This document shows, piece after piece, positions 24,605 to 37,278 of a stretch of 64,000 nucleotides of DNA (positions are counted from its first letter, which is position 1; each line of letters begins with the position of its first letter). This stretch comes from Anthoceros angustus (lineage: Eukaryota; Plantae; Anthocerotophyta): contig VJWM01000119.1 in the NCBI GenBank assembly GCA_010909165.1, forward strand, positions 558,001-622,000, in the 5' to 3' direction. Both the position numbers and the translations under genes were made by a program. The notes beneath the pieces are model-generated. The model searched no databases. It worked only from the letters and a program-made list of their open reading frames with translations, and had not been told where the DNA came from.

Positions 24605-27409
24605 CTAATAGTCTTTATGAGGCTGAAAAGTTTTGATGACTTGATCCAGGACATGCTGAGTATTCAAGAGATCAGCTCTTAATCTTGTGTTCCATTCATG
24701 CAACTCTTTGATATACTCACGCAGCAAGGCAGTCTCCACATGATGATGTCCAGCCAGGTCATGTCCAGCCAGCGAATGCCCTCGCTCAGAGAAGTTTATG
24801 TCTGCTCCAAAGCAACGACAACAGGATAAGACAGGTAATTTCATCGAAGCAAGCTAAGCAACCCGGCGATCGTTCTAGCTTCTCACCTGGCACAGGGGGA
24901 AGAGGCTCTTTGATCAGTGCCCAGGGCGGTATTCGATACTGAACCACAACAGTGTCAGCCTTGCGAGATGTGGAACTTGTTTTCCTTTCAGGAATAGGAC
25001 TGTTGTTAACGTGCCGATCTACCTCACCACGTAACTCGCTCGTTCGTGCGTCTTGTGGGACGACAACCTGGAAAAACCGGGACGTGGTCAGCAAACTACA
25101 CAAAAAACACAAAACCCAAAGAAAGATGACCTCGGCAAACTCACCAATCCTTCATGTCCAACACTTTCCTCCACCTCTCTGGGTTGTTCCACGCCTACGG
25201 GCTGGGAGTGTCTTATAGCTTGCAGATCCTCTACTCCGCCATCCACTTTGATTTCATCCAATTCTGGTCTCGCAATGTCGGCGGATTTCACCAGAGTCTG
25301 TCACACAACATAGCACTACCTTCAGGGTTGAGCCTGGTAACTGAAGCCGTCTGATTGTGCAAATTTGCCTTACCTGTTTTACCGAGGACCCAATTTTTGA
25401 TAACGTCTTTCTCATCCTCGTCCCAATATTGTCGGTCTCCTCAGCTTTAGCCTGCTTTTTGTCTCCTGCATCTCTTTTAGCGCTGTACTTCACGTAAAGC
25501 CTGATCTGTGTGCCAACCAATCACATCCGTGAGAAGAGCCAGAAACAGATAATATCCCCAAAGGAGAAAGAGGCTGTGACGTCTTAGACATACTTTACCC
25601 CACCGATGTCTCGCTAGCTCTCGGTCGTAATATCTGTTCAAAAGCTTGTCATCAAATCTTAGCCGCTTCACTCTGTATTCACACTACACATTAAGAGAAT
25701 CTCCACTCAGAAACTACAAATGAGCTCTCAAAAGAATATGTACTAAGTCTGCAAATCCTATTGCACGTCCATCTAGCACAAATGACATAGAAAATCTTAC
25801 CTCTCTCATCAGTATATAGAAAAAACACATACTTATGGCATATAGACCACCCAGACGGGCCAAGAAAGTAGCTGCACCCACAAAATTGCAGTCTTCGACT
25901 CAAACAGCCGAATCAAATCCTTGTCACCACTGAAACTGCAAGAAAGCACCTACACTAGGCATCTCATAGTTGACAGGAACAGCCATGGACAAGTAAGTTG
26001 CTCAAAGAACTTACCCGGACCTAATGATGCTGCATCGGACTTTTCAATCAGGTAGTCTGACAGCACATTGAGCTTTACTGTCACATTTAGGAAGCCTTCA
26101 GATGGATTTTGAAACGAAGACCATAGAGAGGTTCTGTTTTCCAAAAGTGTGCCTGGGATATATTGATGGAATGAGGCTTCCATCAGCTTCACCTCTCCTT
26201 TGTTTTTGTAGGCATATGGAACAAATGCAAACTGCAGGACATTCTCCTCCGTTCCCCTCAGTGTTCCTGGTACACCTCCTGATCCGTTCAATCCAGCTTC
26301 TAAAATCCCGTCTAACGAGGAGCTCAATCCACTGGAGGGGTCCCTTGAGGACACCGAAAAATCAAACCCAACTGCAGAAGCACGGCTCCCAGGGGTGTCC
26401 ACAAAATACCAAGATATGTAGTACTCATCCCTGATGAAATAGCAGTCTTGGCAATGGATCTGGACAAGAGGACCCTCGGTGGTGTTACCACAAGTGGCTT
26501 TGGCAAAAGTAGACAACGGAGATGTCCTCGCACCAATGGAACCTGGAGAGCCTGTAAGAACGGTTTCTAAGCCCCGCAGCTGTCCACAAGACATGCTTGA
26601 CACTACAGTGACATTGATCTCAATATCGTTCAAGATGGAGGCCACATCTTGCCCGTTGCCAATCTTCAAATTCTGTGCCACTGCTTTTCTATCAGCAGCA
26701 AACTCAAAGATCAACCTACAAGCCAAGAGCAAGTTATCAGAGTCCTGAACATTTGCATCTGACACTTCAAGTTATTCCCAGGGCATACGATGGACAGGAG
26801 AGTTACGCAGAAGTGAGTCCAAGAAAGAATATCCATCCGGCAATGGTGAAGGCTCCTCCCAACTCTGTTAACCGCTTGACCTGTGTCTTTTGGTCATCCT
26901 ATATCAGGCATGCAAGGGATCACTTTCAGGAGGAGCTGCAACATTTCAAAAAGCACATGAGCTCCGGCTGCAACCTTCCTTTCCATGGCTTCCACCTTAC
27001 AAACAACCGCGAACAGAGCTTGAGAGAAGCTCACCAGCCAATGGTGATTCGCATATGCATAGTCCAGGCGACTGATCCAGTACCGCCAACGAAACCAGGC
27101 AGATCGGCCGCCCCTCAGGGGAGCCTTGCGCAGGAGAAAGCACATAGCCAGCCATAGTCCCGCAACAACCAAGGTCACAACAACGAACCATATCTGTGCA
27201 GTAATTATCCTGTTTACCGTCACGTACTCCCTGATCAAATAGGAAACAGAGGCATTCTGCAGGCCATTTCCTCCGCTTTCGGTGATCCCGTCCCCGACTG
27301 AGGAAAAGGAGATGCAGCTGGTCTGTCCAAATGGCACGTAGTATCCAGGATCGCAAATACACCCGGAATCTCCAAAGGAGAAAGAGTTAGCTGGACAAGG
27401 AGTCCCCAT
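24605..27409 (-). CDS. Uncharacterised plant transmembrane protein (At5g16520-like), multi-exon
   Basis: Cys-rich N-terminus CPANSF...CICDPG, TM helix, WFRWRYWISRLD..NHHWL and ELGGAFTIAGWIFFLGL; long exon 25.99-26.9 kb and downstream exons with GT-AG. Confidence 0.7.
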
Positions 27410-28074
27410 CTTCGAAACCTGGCAAACCAGGACGACAAGGATGCTTCACTTCCTCCTCCTCATCCTCCTCACACCGCCCACCTGCTTAGTTTATCAAGGT
27501 CATCAGCCTGTTTCCTCGGCACTACTAGCTCGTCCAGCCAGGGAGCCGCAGCTGCCTAAACTGTGCTTCCGAGCTTAATTTCACCTCAGGGGTAAACTGC
27601 ATCACAATCGATGTCATATCAGTGCTCATATCAACTCACACAGGAGAAACAAACCTACCCAGTTTCCTGAGCACCATGAATCACCGTCACCGTGCCAGTG
27701 CCAGTGCTGTGCACAGGGCGTTTCATGGCGTTGTTACGACGTGGGCTATGGGTCGATGGGGTGTCTTGTTGTGTCCTCGTTGAGACAGGAGCATAGCCGT
27801 TTTATCTTGAGTGTGCAAAATTTCTATAAGACATCCCCAGCGTGAAAACTGAGCTGGAACAGCTCTCTGTGCTTGACATATGCAGGCACGTTTGGTTTTG
27901 GGTGGAACGTGGAGACTTTATATCAAAAACAAGAGATGGAAATCCGAATCTACTCCGAGACGAAGCGGAACAACCTCTACCCTCTGGACGGCACCAGGCC
28001 ATGGGAACTAAACGCATGCACTACGGGTGATACGTGCAACAACTCTAACTATTAGCTCAGGAAATTAATAGTCA

Positions 28075-30595
28075 ATTTATATAAATATTTATGTAGGTAA
28101 GTATTGATCATAAAGAACTACTTAGAACACTCGATTTAAGTGGGTTCATCCTTCAAGGGTACTATTTAGTTACTATAATAATAATTAGCTAATTCAAAGA
28201 GTAGTAGGACTAGTAAAAATTATACAATATGAATTATAGTAACTAAATAATACTTAACTACTTAATAACTAATATTAAATATTTCAAATATGAACTATAT
28301 AACCTCAAATATTTATTTAGTTCATTCTTTTTTCATGAACTAATCAACATTGCTAGAATAATTAATGTGAATTTTCAAGAAGCGGGAAACATGACGAAAT
28401 TGTCTTTGACATGGAAGTAAGATTTTACATCATAAACCTCAAGTACCAAAATAATCTTTTGATCAAGTAATTCAAAGTCCTTGAGAATAATTATGAACTT
28501 GATTCGTAAAGGGGCGCCACGATAGCCTCGGAATTTGAGTAGCATGATTTGGTACTAGACCAGCATAATGTCTGCATGATGATTTTTTTTTCTTTGATTA
28601 TGTGTATATATGTAATCACTAATTATCTATAAGTTCATGTATTGACATCTCTTACTCCGTATATGATCATGGAAATGAGCCAATACAAGTGGGACAAAAG
28701 CTTGAAAAAGCAAATCCAAGTCTTCTCAAGAAGATGATGTAATACAAGTGTTCGGATGCCAACGAAAAAAGTTTTTTCACTCAGAGGTGAAAATTATCCA
28801 TCATGGCCCTTGAGGAATGGATTTGATGGGAAAATATACATATATGCCCCATAGAAATGGCATCTAGTTAATGTCATCCGTCACTCACTGCAAGTATTTT
28901 TGTCCCCTTGCTATCCAGCTATACTAGTCAATTTATTTGGATGGTCAACTTATATGTCAATAATTAGCTCACTCAAAGAGTAGTACGGCTAGTAAAAATT
29001 ACACAATATGAATTATAGTAACTAAGTAATACTTAACTACTTAATAACTAATATTTAATATTTCAAATATAAACTATATAACCTCAAATATTTAGTTAGT
29101 TCATTCTTTTTACATGAACTTATCAACACTGCTAGAATAATTAATGAGAATTTTCATGAAGCGGAAAACATGAAGAGGTTGTCTTTGACATGGAAGTAAG
29201 ATTTTACATCATAAATCTCAAGTACCCAAATAATCTTTTGATCAAGTAATTCAAAGTCCTTGAGAGTAATTATGAACTTGATTCGTAAAGGGGCGCCACG
29301 CCTGATGACGGCGTTTGAGTAGCATGATTTGGTACTAGACTAGCATAATGTCTGCATGATGATTTTTTTTCTTTGATTATGTGTATATATGTAATCACTA
29401 ATTATCTATAAGTTCATGTATTGACATCTCTTACTCCGTATATGATCATGGAAATGAGCCAATACAAGTGGGACAAAAGCTTGAAAAAGCAAATCCAAGT
29501 CTTCTTAAGAGGATGTTGCAGTACAAGTGTTCGGATGCCAACGAAAAAAGGTTTTTCACTCGGTGAAAATTATCCATCATGGCCCTTGAGGAATGGATTT
29601 GATGGGAAAATATACATATATGCCCCATAGAAATGGCATCTAGTTAATGTCATCCGTCACTCACTGCAAGTATTTTTGTCCCCTTGCTATCCAGCTATAC
29701 TAGTCAATTTATTTGGATGGTCAACTTATATGTCAATAATTAGCTCACTCAAAGAGTAGTACGGCTAGTAAAAATTACACAATATGAATTATAGTAACTA
29801 AGTAATACTTAACTACTTAATAACTAATATTTAATATTTCAAATATAAACTATATAACCTCAAATATTTAGTTAGTTCATTCTTTTTACATGAACTTATC
29901 AACACTGCTAGAATAATTAATGAGAATTTTCATGAAACATGAAGAGGTTGTCTTTGACATGGAAGTAAGATTTTACATCATAAATCTCAAGTACCCAAAT
30001 AATCTTTTGATCAAGTAATTCAAAGTCCTTGAGAGTAATTATGAACTTGATTCGTAAAGGCGCCACCGATGACGGCGTTGAGTAGCATGATTTTGGTACT
30101 AGACTAGCATAATGTCATGATGATTTTTTCTTTGATTATGTGTATATATGTAATCACTAATTATCTATAAGTTCATGTATTGACATCTCTTACTCCGTAT
30201 ATGATCATGGAAATGAGCCAATACAAGTGGGACAAAAGCTTGAAAAAGCAAATCCAAGTCTTCTTAAGAGGATGTTGCAGTACAAGTGTTCGGATGCCAA
30301 CGAAAAAAGTTTTTTCACTTAGAGGTGAAAATTATCCATCATGGCCCTTTGAGGAATGGATTTGATGGGAAAATAGACATATATGCCCCATAGAAATGGC
30401 ATCTAGTTAATGTCATTCGTCACTCACTGCAGGTACCTTTGTCCCTTTGCTATCCAAATATACTAGTCAATTTATCTGGATGGTCAACTTATTATCAACA
30501 TGATAAGTTCAAGAGTATAGATTGCAATCATAATTATTATATCATTCACTTCACATGCGAGGAGGAGAAACCCGAACAACTTCGTCATACTGGCC
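28075..30595. repeat. AT-rich ~760-780 bp unit in three tandem copies
   Basis: Units start near 28178, 28959 and 29735 (AATAATTAGCTCACTC); a further diverged copy lies at 35160-35880. Confidence 0.9.
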
Positions 30596-30783
30596 TCGGC
30601 TTCTGACCGCGCAAGGGGAGGGGGCATATCATTCACTTCACATGCGAGGAGGAGAAACCGTCATCACGGCCTCGGCCGACCGCGCAAGGGAGGGGCATAT
30701 CATTCACTTCACATGCGAGGAGGAGAAACCCGAACAACTTCGTCATACTGGCCTCGGCTTCTGACCGCGCAAGGGGAGGGGGC
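30541..30783 (+). repeat. Three tandem ~70-87 bp units at the 5' junction of the CRE-like element
   Basis: ATCATTCACTTCACATGCGAGGAGGAGAAACC...GACCGCGCAAGGG(G)AGGGG at ~30541, 30628 and 30698. Confidence 0.9.
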
Positions 30784-33700
30784 CCGTCCGTGCGGGCCTG
30801 GGCTCCAGCCTTCCGGTGGTCTAGCCTGCATCCGTCGGCGCCGCCCGCGGATGTTCTAGCCGTTCTTAGCGTGTGATTTTGGTGGATTCCGTCTTGGGGA
30901 TTAGCAGTTTTTAGCATTAGTTTTAGTTTTTTCCGGTGTTGGGGATACTAGTTTTTACCATCAGGTTTGGAGTTTTTCCGGCGTGAAGATTAGTCCTTTT
31001 TGGCATCTGGTTTGGCGGTCTCCGGCGTGAAGATTTCGTAGTTCTTCGGCATGAGGATGAGTTAAGGTTTTCGCCGGTGGGGAGTTTCCGACTTCAAGCG
31101 CAGGGATTAGTGGCTCTTAGTGTTGGATTTGGTATTTTTTGGCGTGGGGATTTGCTGTTTTTTGGCTTCTGGTGCGATGGTGTGCGGCGTGGGGATTAGT
31201 ACTTGTTGGCATTTAGGGTTTGGTTTTTTTTCTGAGGGGCGTGGTTGGTCCGGCAAGGTTGGCAATTTTCAGGTTTTATTTTTTTTTCTGCCATAGGTCC
31301 CCATTCGTTTGCTCCCGTGAAGCACACTCCATGCCCTGTGTGCGGGAAATTGTTCAAGCCTCAAGGAAATAAGAGCCATATTGGTCTGGTCCATAACGCT
31401 TTCGATCAGACCACTTGGGAGGCTCAGCTGTGGCTTGCGTCTTCTTCCTCCACTGTTGTCCTTCAGACTCCAGATACACTTCCTGGGCCTTCGCCGGAGT
31501 CTTGGCAGTGGTTGCAGAGGCAGGTTGATCATCTTCTCGCCCTGTACGAAGTGCGCTTCCCGGGACCGCGTCTTTTTCGGCGCCGTCCGTGGCGTCTTTG
31601 GGATGACGTCTGCCTCGCTTATCGCCTTCCCTTGGAGCGCCTTGCGTAGGATGCCCGTGACAAGGTTGCATGGGCCTTGTTCCTTTTCCTCCCTCGGTGC
31701 ACGTGGTGCCTTCGTTGCTCCCGGGGGAGGGGGGGCGAGAGGGGAGGTTTTTGGCCAACGCGAGGTCCCCTCCAGACTTCGCCGGTTTCGGGCGGGGGAT
31801 TGGGAGGTTTTGCAGAGGAGGCTGGTTGCGCTGCGAGGTCTAGGTTGGATTATGCTAAGCTGGACCATGTTCGCTCGGACCCTACGAAGGCACATCTGAA
31901 GACGTGCCTTTTGCCGGGTTGGGTCGGGGAGTATGCTTGCGTTGATCATGCTCTTCGCCCACAGCCGATGGCGCCAGCTTCCGAAGAGACTATCGCTGCC
32001 GTTCGTGCCCTTCATCCGAGTGCGGGGAACCCTATTTCGCAGGTTATCCAGGACTTCGTCCCTGAGGAGCCCTTGTGTTTAGCCAGGCGATCTTGATAGC
32101 ACCCTACGCTGCGTCTTTCTTTGGGTGGTCTTTCGGTGCATGCCTGACCACCTTGGGACCACTTACCCGGAGGATCCTCTAGCGGTTTTTCCGAACTGTT
32201 TTTTCTGGTGGCCGCATTGGCGAGGGGGGAGACCCCTCCTCGTATTTCTCAAGTTTTGGGGGCGAGCAGATTGTTGGCCATGGAGAAGCCCACTCTTGGG
32301 ATGCGCCCTATCACCGTAGACGAGTCGTTCTTCCGGCTTATTGGCCGTGGCTTTGCCATCCAGCTTCGGGAGCAGTTCCAAGCCCATCTTAGTTCACATC
32401 AGTTTGGGATTGCTATGCCGGGGAGCTGCGAGTATGTGGATTTCGGAGTGGAGGCGGTTCTCGAGACCCATACTAATTGGGTTGCTCTTTAGGTCGACCT
32501 TCAACACTGTCTCATGGTCGGCCATCTTCGACGAGCTCAAGAACACAGATGGGCAGTTGGCCAGCCTTAAGCTTATTCCCTTTGTCCGCTGTTTTTATGG
32601 GTCTCCTTCCAACCTCTATTATCAGCATGGGCCCTTGGTGGAAGGAGTTTCTATGCTGAACTCGGCGATGGGCACTAGGCAAGGTGACCCTCTTGGGGGT
32701 TTAGGGTTTAGGGTTTAGGGTTTTAGGCATTTATCTTCAACCGCCTCTTTAGTGTGGAAACGTTTGTATCCGTCTGTGGCCGATAATACCCATATCCTCG
32801 GGCCTAGAGACAAGGTTAAGGTGGCGTTTGATTTCTTCGCCTCACAGCTCTCCCGCCTTAAGCTTGGTTTGAAGGTCAAAATTATTAAGCGCAAGGTTTG
32901 GTCTCCCTCTGGCATTGTGCCTTTTCTTCGGTATCCGGAGGGGGATATTGCTTCTCCGCCAGGGCTTCGGGTTCTTGGTGTCCCGGTTGGGCCTCCTACT
33001 TTCATCCAGGATTATGTAGACGCGGCTTTGGGTGAGGATTTGGCTCACATCGACGATCTTCTCAACTGGAAGTCCTGCAAGTGGCGTTTGGGATCCTCTC
33101 CTTTTGTTTTGCGCGTCGGCCAGGGTACCTTCTTCGAATGGTTGCCCCCTCCCCGGTTCTCTTCTCTAGCCTAAGGGAGTTCGACCAGCGGCTTATGCAG
33201 GTTTTAGGCGACATCATCGGCCCAGGCACCTTCGAGTGTGCGGCGAGGATCTCTCGAAGCGGCAGGCATTTCTTCCTGTCGCTTTTGGGAGCACCGGTTT
33301 GCTGACCAAGGAGGCCTCCGCGCCCGCGGCTTTCTTAAGGAGCTGGGCTCTCTCTGCCTCCATCTTGTCTTCCCGTTTCTTAATCCGGCATTCACACATC
33401 CTGGAGGCTTTCATTGCGGGCGTTGAGGAGGGTGTCTTTCCCCTGTAGGCCTCGCTAAGGTTAGCTAAGGACTCTTTATCCTCCATGGAAAGGGCTGCCA
33501 TGCCGTCTTTTTCCTCGCTTCCCGAGGTTGGGCTCCGGGGGCTTCAGGCATCCTTCCTGGAGAAACATTATGGGCAAGCGTAGTTGGCCCTCCTCCATGA
33601 TTCCTCCATTTCTAGGCCCACTGGGGCTCATCTCCGCTCTTGCTCGAGGAAGGGGGCATGTTTTTGGCTTCTAGCTCGACTTAATATATAGGTGTTCCGC

Positions 33701-34530
33701 ATCGCACCAGCAACTTTTTCCACTGCGATGCTTTTTTGCTTGGGCTTGGTCCATCCTCTGACTTGCTCTCTTTCGACTTGCAGCTGGGGGGCCCCTCTCG
33801 ATGACTTCGGGCACACTTGGCTCGCTGGCCCGCGGGTGGGCATCTTATCGCTACGCACGACGCTGTCCAAGACGTCATATTTTGTTTTGCTAGGGAAGGC
33901 GGGTTCCTTCCATTTAGGGAGCACCTTTACACCTTGCTCAACGGGGTTTCGCATAAGGCTAATCTATTTTTGACTCGGGGGAATCAAGTTTCGGTTGCAG
34001 ATGTGGTTGTAACAAACCCCACCCGGGACAATGTCTGCGAACATGTTATCCTTAACCCTCCAGGTTGGGCGGCGGAGGGATGCATGACGGTTAAGGTCCA
34101 CAAGTACTCTCTTATGCAGGATGGCCACGCCTTCGTCCCCCTTGCCATCGAGACTCATGGAGCCATGGGCAAGAATTTCTCCAGGTTCGTCAAGTTTTGC
34201 GCCAAGGCTTATCATAGCCCCAAGAATGGGGTGGCCTCCCCCTTTCTTGTATTGTTGCTTTCTTCTAGCAGAGGATTTCCATTGCTCTGCAAAGGGCGTT
34301 GGCCAACACAGTGTACAGAACGATAGCAAGCGCGGGAGATGCGGCTTCTTCGACACTAGTGGTAAGTAGGCCTTTTCACATCCCTGACCATGAAGTTCTT
34401 CGGGCGGTTGGTAGTTTTGAGATGCGTGATCATGGGGGCTAGTCCCCTTAGCATGGTGTCCTTCGTTGGGTTTTCCCCCCTTTGTTTTTGGTGTGGATGG
34501 GTTTTTCCCATCATTTTTTTAATAATAAAG
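30596..34530 (+). mobile_element. Near full-length, degenerate CRE/SLACS-clade non-LTR retrotransposon (C2H2 finger - RT - CCHC - REL endonuclease)
   Basis: CPVCGKLFKPQGNKSHIGLVH; EKPTLGMRPITVDESFFRL; HQFGIAMPGSCE; FNTVS; GTRQGDPLG; ADNTHILG; GLRVLGVPVG; HDAVQD; ADVVVTNP; KVHKY; FVPLAIETHG; 3' hairpin plus AATAAA. Contains stops and frameshifts. Confidence 0.88.
32697..32727 (+). repeat. Interstitial Arabidopsis-type telomeric repeat (TTTAGGG)x3 plus TTTTAGG
   Basis: GGGTTTAGGGTTTAGGGTTTAGGGTTTTAGG immediately after the QGDPLG codons. Confidence 0.85.
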
Positions 34531-35159
34531 TCTCCTTTTCCCCCATTTGCTTAGACATATCTCAATGAAGTGACGTGAAGACGGCATACATAGTAGGCTA
34601 CAAACTCCTTGCTCAAAATTCCCTCAAGCCATTTAAACAAGTCTTAATGAGAAAGTTGCTGCACCGTAGATTGACAAATGCTTTGGAAAACTTGGCAATA
34701 GCATCTTCACAGATGAGCAAGAAACTCAAAAGTTAAATAATTATAAGTGGACACAAGGCGGAGCAGCAACAGCTTTCCATGAGCCCCCATAGTAACGACT
34801 CTGACCATCATCACCCTCAAACTCCAACGATCAGCACAATAACTTATCAAGCATTAGCAAGGATGTCTCAAACTTGAAGCAACAAATATCATGGTGCACA
34901 CAAGGCTGTATGCAAAGGCACGAAGTTGCTGGCAACAAATCCTAAGACACGAAAAAGGTTCTATTATCAGCCAGGCAATCACAAACGGAGTACATACACG
35001 CACCTCTAGCAAGATTAGTGGATCAATTGCAAGCGATAGTGCTAGGGCTGGCTAGAGTGGGAAAGAAACTGGTGGGAGGAGAAGCCTGATGCGGATGTGG
35101 AGGAAGGGAAGAAAAAAACCAACGACCCTGCAAAGTGCTGCTATAATCAATCTAACTCA

Positions 35160-35880
35160 ATTATTACTTAATAATCAACTATTTATTTAGATAAGTATTG
35201 ATCATTAAGGAATACTTAGAACACTCGATTTAAGTGGGTTCGTCTTTCAAGGGTAATACTTAGCTACTATAATAGTACTTAATTAATTACTTAATAATAA
35301 TTAGCTCACTCAAAAAGTAGTAGGACTAGTAAAAATTACACAATATTAATTATAGTAACTAAGTAATACTTAGCTACTTAGTAACGAATATTTAATATTT
35401 CAAATATGAACTACATAACCTCAAATATTTAGTTAGTTCATTTTTTTTACATGAATCAATCAACACTGCTAAAATAATTAGTGTGAATTTTCAAGAAGCG
35501 GAAAACATGACGAAATTGTCTTTGACATGGAAGTAAGATTTTACATCATAAACCTCAAGTATCAAAATAATCTTTTGATCAAGTAATTCAAAGCCCTTAA
35601 GAGTAATTATGAGCTTGATTCGTAAAATGGCGGCACCATAGCGCCTGATGATGATGGCGCTCGAGTAGCATGATTTGGTACTAGACAGCCATAATGTCAT
35701 CCGTCACTCAGTGCAAGTACCTTTGTCCCTTTGCTATCCAGTTATACTAGTCAATTTATCTGGATGGTCAACTTATATGTCAACATGATAAGTTCAAGGG
35801 TATAGGTTGCAATCACGACTATTATCCTATTCACTTCACATGCGGGGAGGGGCACCCCGACCAACTTCGTGGATATGCCC
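35160..35880. repeat. Diverged copy of the 28-30.6 kb AT-rich unit with an internal deletion
   Basis: Shares GAACACTCGATTTAAGTGGGTTC and TGTCTTTGACATGGAAGTAAGATTTTACATC; jumps from CATAATGTC to ATCCGTCACTC. Confidence 0.85.
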
Positions 35881-36496
35881 ATTAACTCTTAGATTCACGT
35901 GTAACTTTGAATTGGTTTCACACTTTAGCTGGCACATCAAAAGAGTGCGGAGACTTAGATTCAATTCCAAAATGGGTTATTTTTTCCTTCAATACCTGTA
36001 AACTTATTTCTCCGTTTAAATTACTTTTTTATTACTGAATTCTAAAACCTAGCTATTTGTTTCTTTCCGCAAGGGCGGTCTAGTGATGCGACTCATGCTT
36101 CCGTGGAACAAGTGTGCAATAAGCAAATGGTGCCACCTTTGTTTAAAATTTGCAGAATAGTTTTGAAATTTTGTTTCACTACCTAGAACGTTTTTTACAA
36201 CTTTGCATTTTGATACATAAAAATATGGGCATGTAGGCCCATTCAAATAACTAAATAATACCATCTACCATAAAACATGTTAATTATAAAAGATGAAAAA
36301 GTATATTAATGTGTATTTTAAGATATTAGATCATCACAAAGAGACCCCAAGGGCTACGGTAAAATAGAGTAACTAAATTCCATGTCTAAAATCATCTACA
36401 TACTACTGAGAGAGGATATATACTAGGGGGATGGAGAGGCCTACATACTAATGAGGCCTCAACTACCAGTGTGGAGGGTGACCTCCAGATGGTGGA

Positions 36497-36942
36497 TGTC
36501 ATGACATCCTGGTGTGATAACTTGTGAGTGGACATGTTGATTAGCTAGGATGTGCATGAGCATGGCATGCATGCCCATCTGTAGGCATGCACACACAAGC
36601 ATGCTGATAACCATGTGCGTGACCCTGCGGAGGCCCGTGAATCGCGCGTAAGCAACGGGTGACGGACCCGTGCTGGGCCAGGCGTCACGGCGGAATTATG
36701 GCGCGCCATGGGCGCGATCCTCTTGGGCGTCAAGGCGCACCAGCGGGTACTGATCGGCGGAAGGCGCGCCAAGCATTTAGGCGATAAAGTAGGCTCCAAT
36801 CCGCAGTGGCAAGCGGATTGCTGATGTTTGTTCTTACAGAGCAGCCATACGAATCCCAATGAAGAAGGGTGCGGAGTTCCTTTGACAATCACGGCTCTGG
36901 GAGGTGCGGGTGGATGGGCTTAGACCCGATTGAAGGACGAAT
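36497..36942 (+). repeat. Terminal direct repeat A1 (copy A2 at 45822-46262)
   Basis: TCATGACATC..GTGATAACTTGTGAGTGGACATG...GAAGGACGAATT present at both loci. Confidence 0.92.
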
Positions 36943-37278
36943 TTTGCACATCAGCAATCCGCTCGCGCTGAAGCCAACGGCGGCGTCCAACCAAGAGGGC
37001 TGTGAAGGGAATCCAAACACGTCACGAAAGAGCGGTGGACCACACAGATAAGTTGATGGTGAACCATAATGAGAGTGCTGTAGATTACGGTATGCTGTTT
37101 TATGCGGGGTGGTCCATTTTGCACCTAGCTACCTTAGCAGAAATAGAGCCCGCATATTTGTGGCAGAGGTTGTGGGATGAAGTGATTGACAAACTGGCAT
37201 GGCTCAGAAGGGGGAACCAATACTGACTTTGATAGAATGCCATACATAGTCTCTCGTAGAGGAAGGGATTGATAAGTT

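Noticed and set aside
30541-30783. Short direct repeats suggesting a CRISPR array
   Set aside because: No unique spacers, eukaryotic context and no cas genes; it is a tandem junction duplication.
36060-36085. CCGCAAGGGCGG-TCTAGT as a Helitron 3' end
   Set aside because: The stem is only 4 bp and abuts CTAG without the usual spacer; no 5' end was identified.
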